This document shows positions 8,676 through 15,874 of a stretch of DNA of 19,876 bases, in pieces. The notes beneath the pieces are model-generated. The model saw only the letters and a program-made list of their open reading frames with translations, made no database searches and was not told where the DNA came from. This DNA comes from Candidatus Hermodarchaeota archaeon (GTDB lineage: Archaea; Asgardarchaeota; Lokiarchaeia; Sigyniarchaeales; SOKP01). The DNA is taken from the NCBI GenBank assembly GCA_048885535.1, contig JBHLLO010000057.1, forward strand, positions 1 through 19,876, in the 5' to 3' direction. Every line of letters begins with the position of its first letter. Within the stretch, counting starts at the first letter, position 1. Both the position numbers and the translations under genes were made by a program.

Positions 8676-8859
8676 ATGAGTGAAGATGTACCAGAAGGAG
8701 TAGTAAATCTTCTTGAAATGATAGTCAGATGCTTTGACTCTTTGGTTAATTCAACCAAGTGGAGTATACTGCTGACTATCCTGCGCCGCTCATATAACGG
8801 TCGTGAAAGAGAATGGCGAGGAGGTTTATTCTCGAAAGTTGAATGTTGGCCTTGGATGA
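8676..8859 (+). CDS. vhuU: Selenocysteine-containing hydrogenase peptide VhuU, join(8676..8736,8768..8859), 50 aa: MSEDVPEGVVNLLEMIVRCFDCULSCAAHITVVKENGEEVYSRKLNVGLG
   Basis: SD AGGAGG. Exon 1 gives NLLEMIVRCFD (cf. NxxEMxxRAYDP). The +1 frame gives TGC TGA CTA TCC TGC GCC GCT CAT (C-U-L-S-C-A-A-H), the L2 Ni-binding motif, then a cleavable tail and TGA 8857-59. Confidence 0.88.
8737..8767 (+). other. 31-nt relaxed BHB intron in vhuU mRNA
   Basis: Central helix GCUU(8731-34)/GAGU(8762-65) with two G-U pairs; bulges UGA(8735-37) and AUA(8766-68); inner hairpin UUGGUU/AACCAA; exon-exon helix AUAGUCAG(8721-28)/CUGACUAU(8772-79). Pairs flanking the bulges are imperfect. The boundary can slide up to 3 nt (ACT repeat) with an identical spliced product. 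Confidence 0.8.
8773..8775 (+). other. In-frame UGA read as selenocysteine in vhuU
   Basis: Falls at the first Cys position of the L2 motif (UxxCxxH), as in methanococcal VhuU, and has a SECIS about 80 nt downstream. Confidence 0.88.
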
Positions 8860-8917
8860 ATATCCAATATAAATAATAGATTGGATATGACTACCCACGC
8901 AAGGGTTAAAGCCAGCA
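8844..8917 (+). promoter_or_regulatory. Eukaryote-type SECIS element
   Basis: AUGA(8856-59)...GA(8889-90) core; 9-bp helix AUAUCCAAU(8860-68)/AUUGGAUAU(8880-88); A-rich apical loop (AAUAA 8872-76). Possible lower helices UGG/CCA, CCU/AGG and UGUUGGC(8844-50)/GCCAGCA(8911-17). Confidence 0.85.
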
Positions 8918-8971
8918 AATAAATGAAATGAATAAAAAAGTTTTAAAAGTTAACGGAAAACGTGAAAAAAA

Positions 8972-9490
8972 ATGTCGATTGATTTCGAATTTAGAAAACA
9001 AATTATGGATTTTCATATAGGGTCTGATCTAATTAAATATTGCTACCAATGTAGTCGATGCGCTGATAATTGTCCAGTCACAAACGTAACTACAGATTTT
9101 TATACGACTACAGGATATAATCCACGTAGTAACATCCTAAATGCTCTATTGGGATATAAGGATGCTATCTTTTCAGCAGATCCCTTAACAATTTGGGGAT
9201 GTACAGTTTGCGACACATGTGACGAGGTTTGTCCTCAAAAAATCGAGCTTACTGAAATATTTACTTTCTTGAAAAATAAATCAACAGAACAAGGTAATGC
9301 TCCCGATTTTATCTATTCTCAAGCAAAAACAATATTCGATAATGCTAAAGCAATTCCTCCACAACCTGCAATTGAAAGGCGAAGGGATCAATTAGGGTTA
9401 CCGACAATAATGACACCAGATATCAGTGAACTTCAAACATTATTAAGAAATATTGGAGCTAATAAAAAGATCATAGAAAAAGAGGGATAA
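8972..9490 (+). CDS. hdrC: Heterodisulfide reductase subunit C
   Basis: Two [4Fe-4S] motifs, CYQCSRCADNCP and CTVCDTCDEVCP; directly upstream of hdrB. Confidence 0.93.
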   Translation: MSIDFEFRKQIMDFHIGSDLIKYCYQCSRCADNCPVTNVTTDFYTTTGYNPRSNILNALLGYKDAIFSADPLTIWGCTVCDTCDEVCPQKIELTEIFTFLKNKSTEQGNAPDFIYSQAKTIFDNAKAIPPQPAIERRRDQLGLPTIMTPDISELQTLLRNIGANKKIIEKEG

Positions 9491-9494
9491 AGCA

Positions 9495-10352
9495 ATGACA
9501 GAATATAAAATGTTTGAAGGTTGTACAATAGGGAATCGTATTCCTTTTATAGAAGCTGCTTCAAGGAAAGTATTTGAGAAAGTAGGGATTGAAACATCAG
9601 AAGCTCCGTTTAGCTGTTGTCCTGATCCCACAGGAATGAAGAGTTTTGATAATGATGCATGGTTAGTAATTGGAGCTCGGAACCTTAGTCTAGCTGAAGC
9701 TGAAGGAAAAAATATCATATCGCTTTGTAATGGATGTGCTAATACTCTCAGAGGAGTGCAGCACCAATTAAAACACGATTCCTTAAAGAAAGAAAAAGTA
9801 AATCAACAACTAGCAAAAATCGGTAAACAATTCAACGGAAGTATAGAAGTAAAGCATTTTGTGGATGTCTTGCTGGAGAATCTTGATAGAATAAAAGGAG
9901 CAATTACTAAACCATTAAGCGGGTTAAAGGTTGCTGTTCACCCAGGTTGTCATTATATGAGACCAGCAGAATGGATGGAAAATGATGATCCACTAAGACC
10001 TCAAAATTTAAAGAAACTGGTTGCAGCTTCTGGAGCTACTGTTGTGGACTATGAAAGTTTAGCTTTATGTTGTGGATCAGCAGTTACTAATGCTTATGAA
10101 GAACATGGGTTAGCAAATCTAAAAATCAAATTAGATGATATCAAAAAAGCTGGAGTGGATGTAATTTGTGTAAACTGTCCCTCATGTTTTCAGCAATTTG
10201 ATACCCGTCAAAAAGATTTAGGCAAAAAATATGAGACGGAATATGACATTCCTGTTTTATATGTGACAGAATTATTAGCACTGGCTATGGGGATTAGTCC
10301 GGAAGATATAGGGCTAAAATTTCATAGAACGCGATTGAAGACCCAAATATAA
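9495..10352 (+). CDS. hdrB: Heterodisulfide reductase subunit B
   Basis: Two CCG domains: GC..CCPDP..CNGC and PGCH..CCGS..CPSC, with ARNL and IPVLYVTELLALAMG. Confidence 0.95.
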   Translation: MTEYKMFEGCTIGNRIPFIEAASRKVFEKVGIETSEAPFSCCPDPTGMKSFDNDAWLVIGARNLSLAEAEGKNIISLCNGCANTLRGVQHQLKHDSLKKEKVNQQLAKIGKQFNGSIEVKHFVDVLLENLDRIKGAITKPLSGLKVAVHPGCHYMRPAEWMENDDPLRPQNLKKLVAASGATVVDYESLALCCGSAVTNAYEEHGLANLKIKLDDIKKAGVDVICVNCPSCFQQFDTRQKDLGKKYETEYDIPVLYVTELLALAMGISPEDIGLKFHRTRLKTQI

Positions 10353-10363
10353 TTAAATAAACA

Positions 10364-10390
10364 TTTTTACACTATTTTTTTTTATTTTTC
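10364..10390 (+). terminator. Oligo-T archaeal-type terminator of the vhuGAU-hdrCB operon
   Basis: T5, T9 and T5 tracts starting 12 nt after the hdrB stop. Confidence 0.55.
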
Positions 10391-10532
10391 TTCTTAGTCG
10401 TTAATTTTAGTTAACTGATAATATTGCTGTAAAATTTAAATAGCAAGAAATAAAAATTATTAGTATTACTAATACGTTAATAAGGGTCGATCAGATTTTT
10501 TAAAATTAACTAAATAGAGGTAGGTAAGTAGA

Positions 10533-11321
10533 ATGGGTCCTATTAATTTCGCACGGCAACCGCCATGGTTTTTTCCTTACATTGAAAATTACTCTCATGT
10601 GGTATTAGACATTAAATTTCATAAATGTGAAGATATTGGTGAAAGATTAGATTTCTTAATAGAAATGGATCTTAGAGGATTTGAAGGATTATTATTTTAT
10701 ATATACAAACCAGATCATAAGATTATAAAGTTTGACATTATTAACCATAGAGAAGATTCCATTCATAAAATGGAAAACTTATACTATGAGATTAAAAAAG
10801 ATGCTTCAATTCAAGGATTAGATTTCATTTTTATACCTTTTGGCCATTTTACAGAAGATAATAAATTTACTCCAAAAGTTAAGGCGAGATACGCGGAACC
10901 AACCTACCAGATATTTACTTGGTCTCCAAGTTTATTGTTCAAAAAAGTAAAATCTATTATTAAAATTGATAATAAGTACAATGAGTTAATTCCGATTGAT
11001 GATGTTCATGGGTATTATTATAATTTAGATGTCTCATTTAAAGGAAACAAAACAGAATATCTCTTTAATTTAATAAACGTATTATGTAATTTTGACAATT
11101 CTCCTCAATATGACTCAATAGTTAATGAGATTAAGTCAGTAATATCTAAATCGAATGAATACTTATTTGAACTCAGGGTGGGAGATGTTCCTATTGAGAT
11201 GGAGAATTTATTAAGAGAATTAGAGCGCTTGAAGTTCAATATCGACAGCCTTTCCAAAGAAGAAATATTCAATTGGCTCGATGATTTAATTGATTTTTAT
11301 TCAAGGCGGACCCAAAAATAA
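10533..11321 (+). CDS. Hypothetical protein (262 aa)
   Basis: Long ORF in AT-rich DNA with SD-like GAGGTAGGT; no motif recognised. Confidence 0.75.
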   Translation: MGPINFARQPPWFFPYIENYSHVVLDIKFHKCEDIGERLDFLIEMDLRGFEGLLFYIYKPDHKIIKFDIINHREDSIHKMENLYYEIKKDASIQGLDFIFIPFGHFTEDNKFTPKVKARYAEPTYQIFTWSPSLLFKKVKSIIKIDNKYNELIPIDDVHGYYYNLDVSFKGNKTEYLFNLINVLCNFDNSPQYDSIVNEIKSVISKSNEYLFELRVGDVPIEMENLLRELERLKFNIDSLSKEEIFNWLDDLIDFYSRRTQK

Positions 11322-11394
11322 TTCATAACCATAACTTTTTTTTAAAAGAGACTATTCCAACCATTAAGGATAGAATTAATATTCTGAAGTTATT

Positions 11395-11643
11395 ATGTGC
11401 TTAGCCATTCCCGGAAAAATTATAAAGTTCAATGATGATGGAACCACAGCTCAAGTTGATTTTGATGGAATTATACAAAGTGTGGTTATAGCCCTAATTT
11501 CAGAACCAAAAATTGGAAATTATGTTATTGTACATGCAGGATATGCTATTGAGCAAATGAATGAAAAAGAAGCATTAGAAGCGATTGAGCAGTGGAAAGA
11601 AATTGCTGAAGACCAGGATTTAAATCTCTCTGACATGTTATAG
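11395..11643 (+). CDS. hypC: Hydrogenase assembly chaperone HypC
   Basis: MCLAIPG N-terminus and YVIVHAGYAI. Confidence 0.97.
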   Translation: MCLAIPGKIIKFNDDGTTAQVDFDGIIQSVVIALISEPKIGNYVIVHAGYAIEQMNEKEALEAIEQWKEIAEDQDLNLSDML

Positions 11644-11662
11644 TTATTTCTACTTCTATAGT

Positions 11663-11851
11663 CTATTTTGATTTTCTTTTTTTCTTATCCAAGGAATTAA
11701 CTACGAGGTACTGAGCATTAGCGAATATAGAAATCCCGATTAATATTATTATGATAAAGTTAAGTATCATGTTATTATTTCCTAGAGTTTCTAATGCTAA
11801 TGCGATACATAGAGAAATCATCCCTACTACTATTAAATTATCTTTTTTCAT
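11663..11851 (-). CDS. Small two-helix membrane protein (62 aa)
   Basis: Two hydrophobic segments and a basic tail. AGGAGG lies 10 nt upstream of ATG 11851, so the start is moved from 11875. Confidence 0.65.
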   Translation of the reverse strand: MKKDNLIVVGMISLCIALALETLGNNNMILNFIIIILIGISIFANAQYLVVNSLDKKKRKSK

Positions 11852-11947
11852 AACTTCATTTCCTCCTAATTTCAATTAATATTGTGGATTTCTCCAATGA
11901 AACTAGTTTAATTAAGATATATAAAGCTAAGCTATATAGATTGTAGA

Positions 11948-12751
11948 TTAGAAATCAAATAGTTCTTCTTTTAATTTTTTCAACTTCCTATAAAGATTTT
12001 TTATTGAATTAATTGCATTGGAGTTTGAATTGAAATCGAGAGGTGAAATTCCATTTAAATCGGCTTTCCCAATTTCTGAATCAAATGGAATTGTATGATA
12101 AAGAGGAATCTCCCAACTATCTACTATTTTACGGATAGTATTAATTTGAGAATCATCCATAATTTTATTTGCTATTAAATAGATGTTTATTACACCTAAT
12201 TTTTTCGATAAGGTAATGATCTTAGAACATAAATCTAATGATTTTTGGGATGGTTCTGTTATAACTAACATTATATCAATCCCTTTTGCGGTGCCTCTAC
12301 CTAAATGCTCCAGACCAGCTTCAAAATCAACTATTATGACTTCATCTCGCCTGACAAATAGATTATAGAGTAAAGTTCGTATTAATGCATTTTCAGGACA
12401 TAAACAACCAGTAGCAGGTTCTTCGATACCTCCCAAAACCAATAATTGTAGACCATCTGGACCAGATACTTTAAATCTGTCGGGTATATCTGAAACTTCT
12501 GGATTAATGTTATATACTCCGGGACCAGCTCCTGGAACATTTGTTCTTTCTTCAATCATTTGTTTCATTTCAGAAATTGGTACGATTTTTTGTTGAGTCT
12601 CTGAATCTATTCCTAAAGTCATTGCTAAATTCATTGCTGAGTCATTATCAATTGCTAAAACTTTAAATCTGTCTTTAGCAAACAATCTTGCGAGCGTTCC
12701 AGCAATTAGTGTTTTTCCGACTCCTCCCTTTCCAGAAACAGCGATCTTCAT
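11948..12751 (-). CDS. cooC: CooC/AcsF-family nickel-insertion ATPase
   Basis: Deviant Walker A GKGGVGKT, Ni-binding GCLCPEN, and DFEAGLEHLGRGT. Confidence 0.93.
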   Translation of the reverse strand: MKIAVSGKGGVGKTLIAGTLARLFAKDRFKVLAIDNDSAMNLAMTLGIDSETQQKIVPISEMKQMIEERTNVPGAGPGVYNINPEVSDIPDRFKVSGPDGLQLLVLGGIEEPATGCLCPENALIRTLLYNLFVRRDEVIIVDFEAGLEHLGRGTAKGIDIMLVITEPSQKSLDLCSKIITLSKKLGVINIYLIANKIMDDSQINTIRKIVDSWEIPLYHTIPFDSEIGKADLNGISPLDFNSNSNAINSIKNLYRKLKKLKEELFDF

Positions 12752-12861
12752 TTGAGTTAATAATTGAATAAGGAGTATTAAATATTTAGTTTACAAATTC
12801 TCAGATATAAATAAATTAAAATTAAAATTAATAAGATTTTTCCTAATTCTTTTATAAGATA

Positions 12862-13122
12862 TTAATCATACTTTCCCATGGCCTGCATTCTCTTAGAAAT
12901 TTTCATCATTTTGTTGAAAATCCTATCGTTTTCCAAGGGATCCTTACAAGTAATTAGTTTGTCATTTAAAAGCTTAATTTTGTATGTCAGTTCTATGAAT
13001 TTTTGGGGAGGTTCTAATCGATAATAAAATTTTTTATAACCATCTTGAGTTAATTCAATATAAACCCATTTTCCATCTTCTTGAGACCAATTCCATCTAT
13101 TTGGAGTTAGTTGTCTAACCAT
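12862..13122 (-). CDS. Hypothetical protein (86 aa)
   Basis: ATG-started ORF with protein-like composition filling the gap; no motif recognised. Confidence 0.65.
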   Translation of the reverse strand: MVRQLTPNRWNWSQEDGKWVYIELTQDGYKKFYYRLEPPQKFIELTYKIKLLNDKLITCKDPLENDRIFNKMMKISKRMQAMGKYD

Positions 13123-13269
13123 GCTTCATTTAATTACAATGTTGTTATTTATTGGCTTTTAGAATTGGAGGTATTAAACACCTGTTATTGCTTTTATTAG
13201 ATGAAAAGTGGTATTTAATATTTTTTTGAAAAAATGTTAATGGGTTATTATTGCGAAAAATAACATTTG

Positions 13270-14730
13270 TTAAAAATTAAACTCATTAAATACTTTTTCA
13301 GCAGTTTCTCGAACGTCAACGTCTTTATCTTTTTTCAGCTCGTTCAGTAATTCCTTTACTTCTAAATTGTCGAATTTGATTAATGCTTTAATAAGATACA
13401 GTTTTACTATCCAATCGTCATCTTTGATCAACCTTTTGAAGGCTTCAAAAACTTTGGGACCTCTAATCATGCTCAAGAGTTTTATTGCTGTTGTTCTTTT
13501 TCCTCTTTGAGGTTCATTTAAGTGAACAATCAATAAATTGGTAATTTGTTCTTGAGAGTTAATATCTAATAAGTTAAACATATTCAAAAAAAGGGAGGGC
13601 TTTAATTCACCTAAATCTGAATTTTCTGGACCTAATTTCATTCTATAATTGGATGTAACTTTTTGTTCTTGCTCTTTGAGTTTTATAAGCATTTCATTTA
13701 ATTGTTTATTTGCATTTTCTATTTTTTCTAATTTAATGGTGAGCAGTTCCAATTCCTCTTCTTTCTGGATCATATTCTTCCTGTATTCAGATTCTTTGCC
13801 AATTTCAAGATTCTTTTTTTGATTCAAAACACTCTCTAGCTCATCATTACGTTGTTTTAAATTGTCAGATAATATTGTGTTTGCATTTAATGCATTTAAT
13901 AAGTTTTCATTTTCTTTTTCTAAGTCGGAAATCTGTTCTTTTAGTTCTATTACGTCTATCTTTATATTAGAGGATAAATCATTTTGATTTGTGTTTATCT
14001 CAGTTTCCAATTTTTGTTGAAGTAGATTTATTTTTTCTTGGTATTCTTTATTTTCGTTAAGCAAATTTTCATTGGATCTAGATAGATTATTCAAATCTTC
14101 ATCTAATTCACCTTTTAGACTTTCAACTTCTTCTAATTTTGATTTTATTTCTTGAATTTCGGCTTTCAATGATTCTATTTTTACTCTATTTAACCCATTT
14201 TCTTCTGTAAGTTGAATTATTATTTTTTTTGCATCAATTAGTTTCTGAGTAGTGTCATCTAAATCAAAATGTTGCATATAATCAATTTTCTCTTGGAATT
14301 TGTCCAATTTTTCTTCAAGATCCTTGATGAGAGCATCCTTTTGTTCATTTTCTTCGGTTAATTGAACAATGACCTTATTTGAATAAATTATTTCTTCGCT
14401 TTCTTCACCAAATTTTTTGGCATTCTCTAATTCTTTAGTAATATCTTGTAGCATTTGCTCTAAAATTTCAATGTCTTTGTCTTTTTTTATCAGATCCTGT
14501 CTTTGATTAGAAATCATCTCTTTAAGAGTTACGATATCTGCTGGTAAATCATTTTCCTCAATATCACTAATTTTAGCACGTTGATTTTGGATTATTTGCT
14601 TTTGCTCATTTATGATAAAAGTTAATCTCAGAACTTCTTCTTTTAAATATCGGATCATTCTCTCCAAATCAGAATGTGCACGATTCGCAGAGTCAATTGA
14701 TTCAATTAGATCTTTTAATTCTTTGCTCAT
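13270..14730 (-). CDS. Long coiled-coil protein with C-terminal HEAT/PBS-lyase-like repeats
   Basis: About 360 aa of E/K/L/N/Q heptad-rich sequence, then HEAT-like units (KRTTAIKLLSMI, DDDWIVKLYLIKAL, DKDVDVRETAEKV). Confidence 0.85.
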   Translation of the reverse strand: MSKELKDLIESIDSANRAHSDLERMIRYLKEEVLRLTFIINEQKQIIQNQRAKISDIEENDLPADIVTLKEMISNQRQDLIKKDKDIEILEQMLQDITKELENAKKFGEESEEIIYSNKVIVQLTEENEQKDALIKDLEEKLDKFQEKIDYMQHFDLDDTTQKLIDAKKIIIQLTEENGLNRVKIESLKAEIQEIKSKLEEVESLKGELDEDLNNLSRSNENLLNENKEYQEKINLLQQKLETEINTNQNDLSSNIKIDVIELKEQISDLEKENENLLNALNANTILSDNLKQRNDELESVLNQKKNLEIGKESEYRKNMIQKEEELELLTIKLEKIENANKQLNEMLIKLKEQEQKVTSNYRMKLGPENSDLGELKPSLFLNMFNLLDINSQEQITNLLIVHLNEPQRGKRTTAIKLLSMIRGPKVFEAFKRLIKDDDWIVKLYLIKALIKFDNLEVKELLNELKKDKDVDVRETAEKVFNEFNF

Positions 14731-14998
14731 ACTTTGATAGTGTATTTTACTAATGTTAAAAAAATTTGAACTAAAAAATATTCACATTTGATAACTTTTT
14801 CAATCCAATAATGGACTAAGATTAAATCAATTATTCGTGAAATTAGTCTTATTTCTTTATATAAAAAAAAATCTTAAATTCAATAAGATAGCTCATGACA
14901 TCGTAAATAGTAATATTTAAAAATATGTTTAAAATTTATTTCATTAGAAAAATAAATAAGATATTAAAATTTCACTCTGAAAAGCTGGAGGTATTAAA

Positions 14999-15202
14999 AT
15001 GGCAAATGAGGAATTAAATGATAAAGATGATGAAGAAGATTGGGATGACGAAGACGATGATTGGGATGAAGATGAAGAATTAGACGATTATAATGATGGA
15101 GAATGGGATGATGATCTCGATTATGATGATGATGACTATAATGAAGATGATGAAGATGATGAAGATGATGACGATTGGGATGACGAAGACGATGATTATT
15201 AA
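14999..15202 (+). CDS. Highly acidic low-complexity microprotein (67 aa)
   Basis: SD GGAGGT upstream of the ATG; 48 of 67 residues are D/E, punctuated by 4 Trp and 4 Tyr; synonymous GAT/GAC variation. Confidence 0.7.
   Translation: MANEELNDKDDEEDWDDEDDDWDEDEELDDYNDGEWDDDLDYDDDDYNEDDEDDEDDDDWDDEDDDY
15038..15197 (+). repeat. 25-nt direct repeat GATTGGGATGACGAAGACGATGATT (15038-15062 and 15173-15197) in a GAT/GAA triplet-rich tract
   Basis: Exact match read from the sequence; each copy encodes DWDDEDDD. Confidence 0.85.
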
Positions 15203-15252
15203 GTTAACACTTAAATAGGAAAAAATTAATTATATTTTTTTAAGCACTTTTT

Positions 15253-15729
15253 TTAGAGTATCTTAATTTCTTTAATAATATCTCCTTGAGCAATCTTATC
15301 CACAATTTTTTGGTCTTCTGAACCTATAACTTGACCAAAAATGGTGTGTCTATTGTTCAAATGGGGTGTAGGCACATGCGTAATGAAGAATTGAGACCCA
15401 TTTGTGTTTGGTCCAGCATTTGCCATTGCTAATAACCCTGGTTTGTTAAATTTTCTATTCGATTGAAATTCATCAGGAAAAGGGTATGTAACTTGTTGTC
15501 CTTTATAAGGAAAAGAATTTATACCTTTAGATCTGGGTCCACCCGTACCATTTCCAAGTGGATCTCCACCTTGTATCATAAAATTTTTTATAACTCTGTG
15601 AAATTTTATGTTATTATAAAATCCATTTCCAGCTAAAAAAAGAAAGCTAGTTACTGTTAAAGGGGCTTCATCATCAAACAAATTAAGGTTAATATTGCCT
15701 TTATTTGTAATAATAATTATTTTAGTCAT
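15253..15729 (-). CDS. ppiA: Cyclophilin-type peptidyl-prolyl cis-trans isomerase
   Basis: FHRVIKNFMIQGGDP, LAMANAGPNTNGSQFFIT and HTIFGQV. Confidence 0.96.
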   Translation of the reverse strand: MTKIIIITNKGNINLNLFDDEAPLTVTSFLFLAGNGFYNNIKFHRVIKNFMIQGGDPLGNGTGGPRSKGINSFPYKGQQVTYPFPDEFQSNRKFNKPGLLAMANAGPNTNGSQFFITHVPTPHLNNRHTIFGQVIGSEDQKIVDKIAQGDIIKEIKIL

Positions 15730-15874
15730 AGTTATTCTAAAATATATTCAAATTAAAATTATGCTCAAAAATTTCTCGTTTAAAATATTTTACCATCAAT
15801 TTATAAAAAATTTAAAGTTAATATAAATAAAATATTCTCATAGGTATAATAAAGTCATTCAAAAAATACTAAAT

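Noticed and set aside
8743-8767. Alternative 25-nt intron register using the ACUC/GAGU helix
   Set aside because: It restores frame but gives RCFDSYCU, two residues too long for the RxxDx(C/U) spacing, and lacks an inner helix next to the bulge.
5990-8859. vhuG and vhuU as frameshifted pseudogenes or single-base sequencing errors
   Set aside because: A 1-nt correction would leave about 10 foreign residues in each motif. Both insertions are structured, equal in length and excise precisely, and the rest of the operon and the SECIS are intact. Not formally excluded without reads.
8676-8876. ORF-track 66-aa protein
   Set aside because: Only the first 21 residues match VhuU. The remainder is intron read-through in the wrong frame; the L2 motif is in the +1 frame.
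13167-13180. GGAGGTATTAAA, also found before the ORF at 14999
   Set aside because: A short SD-like match with no ATG or ORF following; most likely chance.
15020-15200. CRISPR array or mobile-element repeat
   Set aside because: Only two copies of a 25-mer within a coding triplet-rich tract; no spacers, cas genes or transposase in the window.
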